Shown: positions 29,609 to 39,437 of the stretch, one piece after another
Layout: each line of letters begins with the position of its first letter
Position numbering within the stretch: position 1 is the first letter of the stretch
Assembly: GCA_034520965.1 (NCBI GenBank)
Contig: JAXHMY010000008.1
Location: forward strand, 192,001-256,000
Direction of reading: 5' to 3'
Source: Spirochaetia bacterium
GTDB taxonomy: Bacteria > Spirochaetota > Spirochaetia > DSM-16054 > Sediminispirochaetaceae
DNA: 64,000 nt
Position numbers and translations under genes: made by a program
The notes under the pieces: generated by a model
Told to the model about the DNA's origin: nothing
Database searches by the model: none
What the model saw: only the letters and a program-made list of their open reading frames with translations

Positions 29609-30212
29609 ACCGCAGAATGGCTCATCTTCAGAATCCCAGTATTCCGCCAAGGAACTGGCTGATCAGTCAATATTCGAGCAACATGTAGCTTCAGGGGAAA
29701 TAAAGTTCCATAGCCGCGGGAGCGCCCCGGAGCCTGAACTGCCTGGGGCGAGTAGGAAACCGCGGTTTGGTACCGTGTTCCGGAGTAATCCCGGCCTCCT
29801 GATTATTCTTGTCGATATCCTGCTGGTGATATTGGTTCTAACCCTGGTATTCCCGTTTATACGGCCTGGAAGCAGTGTGGACAACTTTGGGGGATATTCT
29901 TTCTCTTTGCATGGGTATCTCAACGAAGGAGCGGTATATACAAGCTTGATGCTGCAGCCGAATCCATCCGAGATTGAAGCGGGAAGCTCAGCCAAAGGGG
30001 CGTTTCAGATAGAGTTTAGAATATTGGAGAGCGATACACGAATACAGACCGAACTCGTACCGTTTACGGAGGAGGAAACGCTTGACACGCGGATTCTACG
30101 GAAAAAAATTGAGTTGCCTCACGAACTGCAGGGTACCCCCGCAGTGCGGATTAGAACTACAATAAGCTTAGGTGAAGAAAGCGTGACTTTAGAAAAAAAG
30201 ATGAGACAATAA
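29586..30212 (+). CDS. Hypothetical single-TM membrane protein
   Basis: Long ORF with TM segment LLIILVDILLVILVLTLVF; GGGGAG SD before ATG 29586. Confidence 0.7.
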   Translation: MNSPDSSEPQNGSSSESQYSAKELADQSIFEQHVASGEIKFHSRGSAPEPELPGASRKPRFGTVFRSNPGLLIILVDILLVILVLTLVFPFIRPGSSVDNFGGYSFSLHGYLNEGAVYTSLMLQPNPSEIEAGSSAKGAFQIEFRILESDTRIQTELVPFTEEETLDTRILRKKIELPHELQGTPAVRIRTTISLGEESVTLEKKMRQ

Positions 30213-30272
30213 AGCTTGACGATGCTATATTGATTGTATAATTTGATAATATCTTACAGGTAGGGGAGTCCC

Positions 30273-30686
30273 ATGGTACAATTTTATTTACTTGCAGTTA
30301 TATTGAATATTTTAGGCGGTCTTATATTGGCAGCCCCTCTCTTACAGGAAAAAATTCCTATGTTAGAGAAAATTCACGAAGGGCTGCGGATTAACATTGC
30401 CTCGCGTATGGTCTTTATTCTACTATCCCTTGTGGTCGGCATATTTAAAATTTTAAGTGTGACCAAGGGTGATGTAGCCGTAGTGGGTGATCTTTTACCG
30501 GCGTTGAGTCTGTTGCTGATGGCCGGGGTGTTTTTCCTCGATTACTATAAAGAACAGTCGGAAATCGGCTCTTCTTTTATAGATAAACTGCAGCGGATTT
30601 TCGTGGACAATAAGAGCGCCATCGGAATTATTCTGGTAGTTATTGGACTGCTGCATTTTCTTTTTCCCCGAGTTCTGTTTCTCTAA
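30273..30686 (+). CDS. Hypothetical four-TM membrane protein
   Basis: GGGGAG SD; hydrophobic helices; VVGDLLPA and GLLHFLFP motifs. Confidence 0.75.
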   Translation: MVQFYLLAVILNILGGLILAAPLLQEKIPMLEKIHEGLRINIASRMVFILLSLVVGIFKILSVTKGDVAVVGDLLPALSLLLMAGVFFLDYYKEQSEIGSSFIDKLQRIFVDNKSAIGIILVVIGLLHFLFPRVLFL

Positions 30687-30719
30687 CGATACAGATAATT
30701 TCAGGAAATTTTAGGATAA

Positions 30720-31157
30720 GTGGAGCACACATCAGTGAAGCAGCAATCCGGTCCTACAACACGAGTCTCGACTGCGGGTATTGCCCGCAGGAGGGATAAA
30801 TTTTTAGTAGCCCTCCGAAAGCCTGGCACCAGTATCGGTGAATCGTGGGAGTTTCCGGGTGGAAAAAAAGAGGATTCAGAGACGCCACAACAGGCCCTGA
30901 AACGGGAGTTTTTTGAAGAGTTCTCTATAGATATTCTGGTTGGCGAAAAACTCTGCAGCGATCAGTTTGTGAATCGAGATCAGGTGTATGAACTTTCGGC
31001 GTATTCAGTGCGTTTGATAAGCGATGCTTTTGTACTGAAGGAACATCAAGAAATCAGATGGGTTTCATTGGACGATCTGATGCATATGCCGATGGCGGAT
31101 TCGGATAAAAAAATTGTGCGCTGTCTCAGAAAATCTAATCAGATGATAGTCCCCTGA
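30720..31157 (+). CDS. NUDIX hydrolase (MutT-like)
   Basis: WEFPGGKKEDSETPQQALKREFFEEF Nudix box. Confidence 0.88.
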   Translation: MEHTSVKQQSGPTTRVSTAGIARRRDKFLVALRKPGTSIGESWEFPGGKKEDSETPQQALKREFFEEFSIDILVGEKLCSDQFVNRDQVYELSAYSVRLISDAFVLKEHQEIRWVSLDDLMHMPMADSDKKIVRCLRKSNQMIVP

Positions 31158-32422
31158 GGGATTATCCCGTTTTTTGGTATTATGATGATTCCATCTACAA
31201 TCCAGTAATTACCGTAATCGCCGTCTTGGCGATCTATATGATCAATACCTATGCGGCATCCGTCTCCAATTCTAACGTTTTTGTCGATTATGGCACGCTT
31301 GACTATTGTTCCGCGTCCTATTCCTATATTGGGAATACCCTTAGCTTGGTTTTCCAGTTTTTTCTCGTGGGTTTCGTAGTAATTTGCACCCATACAATAT
31401 ACTCCGTCCAGATTGGCCCCAGACTCTATCAGGGTGCGCACGCCCACCACAGAATTTACAATTGATGCATTGGTAATGATACTTCCTTCGCCGGTGAGGG
31501 ATTGACTGATAGTACAGAAATTGACCTTTGTTGCCGGCAGATGCCGCCGATGCGTATAGATAGGCATCTGCTCATCGTAGAAGTTAAACGCCGGCGTAAG
31601 AGAAGCCAAATTAAGGTTTGTTTCGTAGAAGGCCTTGATGGTTCCAATATCCTCCCAGAAGCCGTTAAAAACGTAGGTATTCACATGCCGTTCGCTGATT
31701 GCGATCGGAATAATCTCTTTTCCAAAATCGGTATAATTGTTATCTAAAACCTTCTCCATGGTGTCGGCATTGAAGATGTAAATACCCATCGAGGCCAAAT
31801 ACTCTTTTGAAGTGTCCGCCTGCATACCTTGAGAATAGAGGATGCTCTGGGGTACCTTCATCTCCTCTATATTGGCTTCGGGAGTCGGTTTTTCAATAAA
31901 AGAAACCGCCCTGCGGTTCTTGTCGGCCTTCATTATTCCTAAACCGGTTGCCTCGCTGCGTGAAACCGGAGTAGCTGCTACGGTAATTTCAGCACCGCTC
32001 TCAATATGCTGATTCAGCATGTCGGAAAAATCGGTACGGTATAGTTGGTCGCCGGCTAAAATCAGATAGTGAGTCGGATCCTGATCGCGAAAATGAGTAA
32101 AGTTTTTACGCACCGCATCGGCTGTTCCTTCGTACCAGCTTGAGTTTTCAAAGGTCTGCTCTGCTGCAAGGACTTCGACAAAACCATGGGTAAATACATC
32201 GAAAATATAGGTGTTTGAAATATGGTTGTGCAGCGAAGCGCTGTTGAATTGGGTTAAAATATAGATCTGCTTAAAATTGGCGTTTATACAGTTAGATATG
32301 GGTATGTCTACTAACCTGTACTTCCCGCCAAAGGGGACCGCCGGTTTTGCTCTTTCTTTTGTTAAGGGATAAAGCCGTGTGCCCTTCCCTCCGCCAAGCA
32401 CGATTGATAGTACCTTTTCCAA
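31139..32422 (-). CDS. glgC: Glucose-1-phosphate adenylyltransferase
   Basis: LGGGKGTRLYPLTKERAKPAVPFGGKYRL, GTADAVR, FWEDIGT. Confidence 0.96.
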   Translation of the reverse strand: MEKVLSIVLGGGKGTRLYPLTKERAKPAVPFGGKYRLVDIPISNCINANFKQIYILTQFNSASLHNHISNTYIFDVFTHGFVEVLAAEQTFENSSWYEGTADAVRKNFTHFRDQDPTHYLILAGDQLYRTDFSDMLNQHIESGAEITVAATPVSRSEATGLGIMKADKNRRAVSFIEKPTPEANIEEMKVPQSILYSQGMQADTSKEYLASMGIYIFNADTMEKVLDNNYTDFGKEIIPIAISERHVNTYVFNGFWEDIGTIKAFYETNLNLASLTPAFNFYDEQMPIYTHRRHLPATKVNFCTISQSLTGEGSIITNASIVNSVVGVRTLIESGANLDGVYCMGANYYETHEKKLENQAKGIPNIGIGRGTIVKRAIIDKNVRIGDGCRIGIDHIDRQDGDYGNYWIVDGIIIIPKNGIIPQGTII

Positions 32423-32513
32423 TGTGTTTTTCCTCTCTTTCTATGATTAAGGTTAGTAGATCATCCATTGAAGGTCAAGGAAATAATACACTTGAATTGT
32501 TGCGTTGTAAATG

Positions 32514-32542
32514 TTGCACAAATGAATGAGGAAAGGTAGTAT
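32514..32542 (+). promoter_or_regulatory. Candidate sigma70 promoter for murC, leaderless spacing
   Basis: TTGCAC, 17 nt spacer, TAGTAT, then 6 nt to ATG 32549. Confidence 0.5.
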
Positions 32543-32548
32543 CTTAAT

Positions 32549-34000
32549 ATGGCTTCAAACAATATTTTACCGCCGGATTTAAACACTGCTTCATTGTATT
32601 TTGTGGGGATTAAGGGTACAGGAATGTCCGCCCTGGCTGAACTCATGTTGGGCCACGGTGCAAAGGTATCCGGCAGTGATACGGAGGAGCAGTTTTATAC
32701 TGATGCAATTCTAAAAGAACTTGAAATTCAATATGCTGAAGGTTTTCGGCCTGAGAACCTCCCTCCGGAAACGGATTTAGTAATTTATTCCGCCGCATAC
32801 AATCCGGAGACACATTCGGAATTGCTCGCAGCCCGGGAACGTGGAATCCCGCTGGTGGAATACACACAGGCCCTCGGAGAGCTGTCGCGGGATCTGCATG
32901 CTACCGGCATCGCCGGAGTTCACGGGAAGACAACCACCACCGCGATGGCCGGTACAATCGTGAAAGAACTATCTCTTCCGGCGGGGGTCCTAGTGGGGTC
33001 GGCGGTGAAAGCTTTTCAGAATCGGGCTACATACTTTGGAGGTGATCGCTATTTTATTGCCGAGACATGTGAATACCGACGCCATTTTCTTGCTTTTCAT
33101 CCCAACCAACTGGTTATCACTACAGTAGATGCCGATCATTTAGACTATTATCGTGATTACGCTGATATCGAATCGGCTTTCGTTGAATATGCATTAAAAC
33201 TTCCCCAAGGGGGAAAGCTGATTTACTGTGCCGATGACCCGGGGGCTGCCGTATGTGCTGCCAAGGTAGGCCAGTTGCGTTCGGATCTGCAGCTGGTTCC
33301 TTATGGTTTTGAGGCCTCCGGGGATTTTCAGATCGTAAACTACCGGAATAGCCCTGGACTGCATACATTTCAGCTTGCCGGATGGCCTGCGGAGTTTCAT
33401 CTTAAGGTACCCGGAGTGCATTCTGTGGTGGACGGGGCTGCAGCAGCAGCGGCTGTGCACGGTGTCTTGCTGGATGCGAAGGGAAAAGTGACTGAGTCGG
33501 ATATCAAGGCAATTGCCCGGGGGTTGGAGAGCTTCAGCGGCAGTAAACGACGTTCTGAGATACTTGGGGAGCGGGGTGGTGTGTTGTTTGCCGATGATTA
33601 CGGTCACCATCCTAAAGAAATAAAAACTACACTCCAGGGCTTTCGCGAATTTTACCCCGACCGGCGTCTAATTGTCGACTTTATGTCCCACACATATACT
33701 CGCACCCAAGCCCTGTTGCCGGAATTTGCAGCAGCCTTTTCGGATGCGGATATCGTGGTGCTCCATAAAATTTATGCCTCCGCCAGAGAGAAGGTCGGGA
33801 CCGTAGACGGACGGACCCTTTATGATGCGGTCAGGCAGCAGCATCCTCAGGTGAGGTACTATCACGAATTAGAAGATGCAGAAACCGATCTAAAAAACTT
33901 GCTGCAGCCGGGCGATCTGTTTATCACTATGGGTGCCGGCGATAACTGGCGGCTTGGACTTGCGCTGTACAATACCTTTGGGTTGGAGAAAAATATATGA
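32549..34000 (+). CDS. murC: UDP-N-acetylmuramate--L-alanine ligase
   Basis: FVGIKGTGMSALA, AGVHGKTTTT, DADHLDYY, DDYGHHP, TMGAGD. Confidence 0.95.
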   Translation: MASNNILPPDLNTASLYFVGIKGTGMSALAELMLGHGAKVSGSDTEEQFYTDAILKELEIQYAEGFRPENLPPETDLVIYSAAYNPETHSELLAARERGIPLVEYTQALGELSRDLHATGIAGVHGKTTTTAMAGTIVKELSLPAGVLVGSAVKAFQNRATYFGGDRYFIAETCEYRRHFLAFHPNQLVITTVDADHLDYYRDYADIESAFVEYALKLPQGGKLIYCADDPGAAVCAAKVGQLRSDLQLVPYGFEASGDFQIVNYRNSPGLHTFQLAGWPAEFHLKVPGVHSVVDGAAAAAAVHGVLLDAKGKVTESDIKAIARGLESFSGSKRRSEILGERGGVLFADDYGHHPKEIKTTLQGFREFYPDRRLIVDFMSHTYTRTQALLPEFAAAFSDADIVVLHKIYASAREKVGTVDGRTLYDAVRQQHPQVRYYHELEDAETDLKNLLQPGDLFITMGAGDNWRLGLALYNTFGLEKNI

Positions 34001-34863
34001 TAAGCATGACCGGATACTCGTACCGAGAATATCAGGATGAACGGGTAAATCTTGCCCTTGAATTAAAATCCTACAATAATCGATATTTAGATATTGTGGT
34101 GAATGCACCTCCCTTTCTCTCTCCTCTGGAGCCTGCGATACGTAACTATCTCAAATCAAGAATAGTCAGAGGCCGGGTTGAAATATCCCTGCGGGTAAAA
34201 GAGCTGGAAGAGGATTTGGAGGTGTATATTGATCAGAGTGCGGCCACGCAGTATGCTGCGGCACTGCGCCGACTGGCGGAAACAGTGGGCCTGCAAGAAG
34301 AGCCCCGGTTGAGCCACTTTCTGCGGCTGGAAGGGGTTATCAAGCCGGTAAAGAACCGTGACCTCGAATGGTTTGAAAAGTTGGTTCTCCAAGAGTTGGA
34401 AGAGGCTGCCACCGAATTTGTAAGATCTCGACGAACGGAAGGTGAATCTACCGATGCGGATATTCGTGCCCTCATGCAAAATATAGAAGCCGGCCTGGCC
34501 ACGATTGAAGCCCATTCGGTCAAGCTCGAAGAGTATATTCAGAACCAGCTTACTGAGCGCTTTAAAGAACTGGTAGGGGAGAACTACGACGAGAACCGCA
34601 TTCTCTCCGAGACGGCGGTGATGCTGATGAAATACTCGGTAGGCGAAGAAACAGTACGGATGCGGAGTCATCTCGATCAGTTTATGAACTACATGCAGGA
34701 AAGCGGTGGTGTTGGTAAAAAGCTGGATTTTATTTGCCAGGAGATGCATCGGGAGATTAACACCATCGGTTCTAAAAGTACTATTATTGCAATAAACCAG
34801 GCTGTGGTTGAGGCAAAGGATTCACTAGAAAAAATAAGGGAGCAACTAAGGAATGTCGAATAA
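33997..34863 (+). CDS. yicC: YicC/YloC family endoribonuclease
   Basis: MISMTGY, KSYNNRYLD, GKKLDFICQEMHREINTIGSK, EKIREQLRNVE. Confidence 0.93.
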   Translation: MISMTGYSYREYQDERVNLALELKSYNNRYLDIVVNAPPFLSPLEPAIRNYLKSRIVRGRVEISLRVKELEEDLEVYIDQSAATQYAAALRRLAETVGLQEEPRLSHFLRLEGVIKPVKNRDLEWFEKLVLQELEEAATEFVRSRRTEGESTDADIRALMQNIEAGLATIEAHSVKLEEYIQNQLTERFKELVGENYDENRILSETAVMLMKYSVGEETVRMRSHLDQFMNYMQESGGVGKKLDFICQEMHREINTIGSKSTIIAINQAVVEAKDSLEKIREQLRNVE

Positions 34864-35398
34864 GAACAACGGCTTAAAAATTGCAATTTCAGGCAAAAGC
34901 GGCTGCGGAAACTCGTCTGTAAGTCGTATAGTTGCGGAAAGGCTGAATCTACGCCTTATAAATTATACCTTTCATGATATGGCCGATGAGAAAGGAATAG
35001 ATTTCGAGGAGTTTTGCAGTCTGGCTGAACAGGATTACTCTTACGATCGGGAGCTTGATAGAAAGCAGGTCGAAATGGCTGAGGAAGGGGACTGTGTGTT
35101 GGGCTCGCGGCTCGCAATCTGGCTGTTGGAAGATGCGGATTTGAAGGTGTATTTGAAGGCCTCGCTCGAAACCCGGGCTGCCAGAATTGCCGAGCGTGAG
35201 GGTGGAAGTGTGGAAGAAAAACTGAAGGAGACCCACCGCCGGGACCTGCGAGACAATGGGCGATACAAGAAAATCTACGGGATTGATAATGATAAATACG
35301 ATTTTGCCGATTTAATTGTGGATGCAGATACCCAGAATCAGTTTCAAATAGCGGATATAATAGAACAAGCAGTTGATTCTTTACAGAATAAGGACTAA
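34853..35398 (+). CDS. Nucleoside monophosphate kinase, archaeal-type (type 2) cytidylate kinase family
   Basis: ISGKSGCGNS P-loop variant, DRELDRKQ, SRLAIW, RYKKIYGID. Confidence 0.85.
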   Translation: MSNKNNGLKIAISGKSGCGNSSVSRIVAERLNLRLINYTFHDMADEKGIDFEEFCSLAEQDYSYDRELDRKQVEMAEEGDCVLGSRLAIWLLEDADLKVYLKASLETRAARIAEREGGSVEEKLKETHRRDLRDNGRYKKIYGIDNDKYDFADLIVDADTQNQFQIADIIEQAVDSLQNKD

Positions 35399-35467
35399 TT
35401 TGCTATACTGCTACGCACAAAGTAATCTAACGTAAATAAACGACGTAAATAAATTAGGAGAAACTTG

Positions 35468-35659
35468 ATGATAATACCCCTCGATAAGCTTGTAAGCTGG
35501 AAAGGAAATATCTACGAAATGACCGCTGCCGCCATTAAGCGGGCAAATCAACTTACCATCACCGGTGATGAGGAAGTTGAAAGAAATAATGGAAAAGTAG
35601 TTCCCACCGCAATCAAACAAATTCTTGATAAAAAAGTTGAGTATAGAATCGAAGAATAA
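35468..35659 (+). CDS. rpoZ: RNA polymerase omega subunit
   Basis: GNIYEMTAAAIKRANQL; AGGAG SD; position after yicC and the kinase. Confidence 0.85.
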   Translation: MIIPLDKLVSWKGNIYEMTAAAIKRANQLTITGDEEVERNNGKVVPTAIKQILDKKVEYRIEE

Positions 35660-36623
35660 TCGACCCGTCGTACTGCTGTTCGGTCCCACTGCGGTCGGCA
35701 AGACCGCACTGGTGGAACAGCTCTTTGTTCATTCTGCGCATAAATTTGAAATAATCAATGCCGACTCAATGCAGGTATATCGCTCCCTTGATATTGGAAC
35801 GGCAAAACCTTCTTCTGAACTACAGCGGCGTATCCACCATCATTTGATAGACGTGTGCAGTCCCTCTGAGCAGTATGATGTCGGGCAGTTTGTACGAGAC
35901 GCGGACCGTTTGGTACGGGATATTTGCTCCCGCGACTGCATTCCATTGATCACCGGCGGGACAGCCTTTTACTTTTACCACTTTATGTACGGCCTTCCCC
36001 CAACTCCCGCGGCGGATTTGGAAATTCGAGAGGCCCTCTATAAAAGAGTGCGACATTCTGGCAGGGATGAACTGTTTCAGGAACTGCAGCAGTTTGATCC
36101 TGTGACTGCCAAAAAGCTGCATCCAAACGATACTCAGCGTGTAATCCGGGCCTTGGAAGTGCTGCATAGTTCTGGGAAACCACTCAGCAGCTACCGGCAA
36201 ACTCCGTCGCTGCGCCCCGGGTATGAGTACTTAGTTCTCGGCCTGTACCGTGACCGGGAGGAATTATACTCTCGAATCGATCGCCGGGTAGAGCAGATGT
36301 GGGCGGAAGGTCTGGTGGAAGAAGTGCGGGAATTGATAGCAGAAGGGTTTACAGCTGAGGATCCCGGGATGCGTGGCATCGGCTATCGCGAGTTTTTTGA
36401 AGCCCAAAGCTGTGGGTCCCAAAGCACTGAGCTTGGAAGTTTTACAAAAACTGTGGTCGATCAGATCAAAACTGAGATTAAAAAAAACAGCCGCCGTTAT
36501 GCAAAACGACAAATTACTTTTTTTAAGCGGATGGCCGAGACCGAGTGGTATACTCCCGAAGAGTTTGAGGCCTTATCCGCACGGCTGTCGGAGTTCCTGC
36601 GCGAGTTTCTACGGCCCTATTGA
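35637..36623 (+). CDS. miaA: tRNA dimethylallyltransferase
   Basis: GPTAVGKT, DSMQVYRSLDIGTAKP, GIGYRE, YAKRQITFF. TTG start overlaps the rpoZ end (alternative 35625). Confidence 0.95.
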   Translation: MSIESKNNRPVVLLFGPTAVGKTALVEQLFVHSAHKFEIINADSMQVYRSLDIGTAKPSSELQRRIHHHLIDVCSPSEQYDVGQFVRDADRLVRDICSRDCIPLITGGTAFYFYHFMYGLPPTPAADLEIREALYKRVRHSGRDELFQELQQFDPVTAKKLHPNDTQRVIRALEVLHSSGKPLSSYRQTPSLRPGYEYLVLGLYRDREELYSRIDRRVEQMWAEGLVEEVRELIAEGFTAEDPGMRGIGYREFFEAQSCGSQSTELGSFTKTVVDQIKTEIKKNSRRYAKRQITFFKRMAETEWYTPEEFEALSARLSEFLREFLRPY

Positions 36624-36641
36624 TTTGGTTTGATATCAGCA

Positions 36642-36684
36642 ATTCGCAATTTGAAAAATTTTGGAAATTTTTCAAATTGCGAAT
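36642..36684. repeat. Palindromic repeat, family 1 (divergent copy)
   Basis: Perfect 20-bp arms ATTCGCAATTTGAAAAATTT / AAATTTTTCAAATTGCGAAT with a TGG loop. Confidence 0.85.
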
Positions 36685-36700
36685 GCTTACATTTTGTTAC

Positions 36701-36735
36701 GGCGTTTCAAAAATTTTTTGATTTTTGAAATCGCC
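36701..36735. repeat. Imperfect inverted repeat inside the palindrome cluster
   Basis: GGCG-TTTCAAAAAT / ATTTTTGAAA-t-CGCC. Confidence 0.7.
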
Positions 36736-36766
36736 TGAAGTAGTTTATCTTAAAGATATTGTGGGT

Positions 36767-36806
36767 ATTCTCATTTTGGAAGTCCTAAGACTTCCAAAAT
36801 GAGAAT
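36767..36806. repeat. Palindromic repeat, family 1 (40 bp)
   Basis: ATTCTCATTTTGGAAGTC-ctaa-GACTTCCAAAATGAGAAT, perfect 18-bp arms. Confidence 0.9.
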
Positions 36807-36873
36807 TTCCTGGTTTGATATAAGGTTGGTTTTGCGGTACACTTGTGAAAGTACAGATTAAAGGAGCCGAATA

Positions 36874-37896
36874 ATGCATGTGGCCGGTAGAACACTGAAA
36901 ATACGATTTTTGATAGCAGCCCTGTTGCTTTGTAGTGCTTTGATGCCCTTGTGGAGCCAGGCTTCTTCCGGTGCAGGGGCTATCGCGGGCAGTTTAATTT
37001 ATGCATCCGGTACCAGTTTCGAAGTTGTTCGGGAGGGGAAATCGGTCGAGTACGACCTTGCCTCCGACACTGTTGAGGGGCTGGAGTTTTATCCGGGAGA
37101 TTATATAAACACCTACAAGGGTACTTTTTTAGAAATTCAGGTGGCAGGATCCAAAAATGTGCTCAAGATAGCTGAAAATACCAGTTTTATAATTGATGAA
37201 ACCTCCGAACCGGACTCCTCCCGCTACAAAGTCTCCTATGGCCGGGTTCGGGCCAGGGTTAAAAAATTAGCAGGCTTATCACAGTTTGCAATAACAGGAC
37301 CGAGTATGGTCGCAGGGGTACGGGGAACCGATTTTGGATATGATGTACTTTACAGTCCCGAAAAAGAGACCACGGTTGCCTCTGTGTACTGCTTTGAAGG
37401 GCAGGTGGAAGTTAAGCCTACTGTACAAATTGTTACCGAAGAGGAGAATATTGAACTCGCTGCGAATGAGATGATTTCGATCAGCGAAATAAGTGCGGGT
37501 ACGGAACCTCGTTATGCCTTTCAAAGGGAGGCCCTTTCATTGGAAATAAAGACTTTCTGGAATCAGCACGATTTTCAGGCTACTCCCATTGAAGTTTCCC
37601 CTGCCGGCACAATTCCAACAGAGACCGAGGCTCCGTCAGGAACTGAAGACGAAGGCAAAGAGCCGCCTCCCGGGGCTCAGTTTAAGTTTACCCAGTCACA
37701 GCTGAGGCGAGGGTCGCTCTTGACCGCCGGTATAGGAGCCGTTTTCGGTGCAGCAGCACTCACCTTTGCCTATGCCGATCCCCTCGTTGGAGATATGAAT
37801 CGGGATGTGCGTGATAATTTAGCTCTGTCCATGAGCATTTCCAGTGGGCTCTTTCTCAGTACCTCCGTATTTACCTTTATTGCATCGCTGTTTTAA
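36874..37896 (+). CDS. Exported FecR-domain protein with C-terminal membrane helices
   Basis: Signal peptide; VLKIAENTSF, SYGRVRARV, VAGVRGTDF, VYCFEGQVEV FecR-type motifs; AAGGAG SD. Confidence 0.8.
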   Translation: MHVAGRTLKIRFLIAALLLCSALMPLWSQASSGAGAIAGSLIYASGTSFEVVREGKSVEYDLASDTVEGLEFYPGDYINTYKGTFLEIQVAGSKNVLKIAENTSFIIDETSEPDSSRYKVSYGRVRARVKKLAGLSQFAITGPSMVAGVRGTDFGYDVLYSPEKETTVASVYCFEGQVEVKPTVQIVTEEENIELAANEMISISEISAGTEPRYAFQREALSLEIKTFWNQHDFQATPIEVSPAGTIPTETEAPSGTEDEGKEPPPGAQFKFTQSQLRRGSLLTAGIGAVFGAAALTFAYADPLVGDMNRDVRDNLALSMSISSGLFLSTSVFTFIASLF

Positions 37897-39433
37897 AGTC
37901 GTACGGTTCATAGTGCGTACGCTCAATACGGTCTATCTTCCAGCCCTTGGATGTCTCGTTCATGCTCACCATTTCTCTTACCCGAAAAGCCTGTACTTCA
38001 CCGGTGGAGGCGATTGCTGCCATTTCTTCTTCTGAAGTAAGCTCTTCAGCTTTAGGAGGCAGGGTCGACCATTGGATGAAAGAAACTTCGAACCGGTGGT
38101 TCTTGGCGGTGGGGTTTATTTTAAGATCAGAGACACCAAAGACAAAACTGCTGTCCTTCAATTCAGGCCTTCCGGCTGCAATCCACTCCGGGGCTGGAGT
38201 AAATACATCTTTCATCTCGATTCCCTGACGCACCCTTGAAATTACAAAGAGAGTCGTGACTTGGTTTATATACGCTTTTCCGGTTGAACTACTGGTACAC
38301 TGATTCATGGCCTCATGATCCAGGCTGTTTTGGCTTAGGTAAAAGAGTTCAATTACTTCTGTGGGAGCAAGACCTTCGGTAATATCAGGTTCAAACGCTT
38401 TTTTCACAAAGGGGGTCGCAAAAAAGGCCAGCACTATCAGAGCTGCTGCAGTTATAAAAACAGTAGAGCCGTGGTTTTTCTTGAAATTACGCCTTTTTTC
38501 TCTTTTACGTACAGCCTGTTCCGCCGCATCGGCATTTTTCCGGCGTTCTTCGGCCTGCTCCAGATGGATATTCTCAAAAATCGTATTGTCCCGCCAGGCG
38601 GAAATTTCGTCTGCAAACTCCAAAATCTTAGCGGCTAGAGGCGAGCTATCTGCAGATTGGGAGCTTGAAGCCCGTGCGCCTCTGGTCCGCGAAGCAGAAG
38701 ATCGAGCAGAAGATCGACCAGTAACTATCCTGTTATTCACTGTTTTGAATAGAAAATCAGCAATTCGTGGATTCAGTTGGGGCAGCTGTGAGTGTAGATG
38801 CAATGCTGTCTGAGAACCCTGGGTGCTTCCGTCACTGTGAGGCGCGGCTTGACTGTAGCCATTGTTGCTGCTTTGAAGCAGTTGAAGCTGCAGGTGATGT
38901 GCCAACACCGGTAAAATCTCTTGCTGCCCCCCTATAGCTCCTGTCTCTTCCCTTTCCGGTGTTGCGATCAGCTGCTCATAATTTTGCTGGGTGAGCTGGG
39001 CAATTTGCGGATGAAGAAAGTAGAAGTTCCCGCTTTCATCATAGAAGCTCGCCGAAAGATACAGCGCATCGGCATCAAGCTGCTCACGACTTGCAAGGGC
39101 CTTGAGAGCCCGTAGATAACGCTCGAGCATACGAAGGGTCCCTTCTATCTTCATGTGGAACACATCGCTTATGGGACGCAGCTCCGGGGAGGTATCGGAG
39201 AAGGTCAGATAGAGCCATTTTTGGTGCTCCATGGTAGAGTTCCATTGCCAGGGGGAGATATCCTTTTCAGACACGTACCAGCCGCTTAAGTTCTGAGGAT
39301 TTCGAATCGTTTTGTGAAGACCTGAATGGGCAGGTGCGATTCTAATACCGGTGTATGTATGCTCTCCACTGCTCAGGGATGTGACCAGGGGTGGAGAAAT
39401 TTCCTTTGATCGAACTAGTGATGATGCCTGCAT
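37877..39433 (-). CDS. Hypothetical single-TM membrane protein
   Basis: 518-aa ORF following amrA; basic stretch plus TM (TVFITAAALIVLAFFA) and an NTF2-like-looking C-terminal region. Confidence 0.7.
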   Translation of the reverse strand: MQASSLVRSKEISPPLVTSLSSGEHTYTGIRIAPAHSGLHKTIRNPQNLSGWYVSEKDISPWQWNSTMEHQKWLYLTFSDTSPELRPISDVFHMKIEGTLRMLERYLRALKALASREQLDADALYLSASFYDESGNFYFLHPQIAQLTQQNYEQLIATPEREETGAIGGQQEILPVLAHHLQLQLLQSSNNGYSQAAPHSDGSTQGSQTALHLHSQLPQLNPRIADFLFKTVNNRIVTGRSSARSSASRTRGARASSSQSADSSPLAAKILEFADEISAWRDNTIFENIHLEQAEERRKNADAAEQAVRKREKRRNFKKNHGSTVFITAAALIVLAFFATPFVKKAFEPDITEGLAPTEVIELFYLSQNSLDHEAMNQCTSSSTGKAYINQVTTLFVISRVRQGIEMKDVFTPAPEWIAAGRPELKDSSFVFGVSDLKINPTAKNHRFEVSFIQWSTLPPKAEELTSEEEMAAIASTGEVQAFRVREMVSMNETSKGWKIDRIERTHYEPYDFKTAMQ

Positions 39434-39437
39434 ATAA

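Noticed and set aside
30216..30242. Sigma70 promoter TTGACG...TATAAT
   Set aside because: The spacer is only 15 nt; a promoter is plausible here but this pairing is not supportable.
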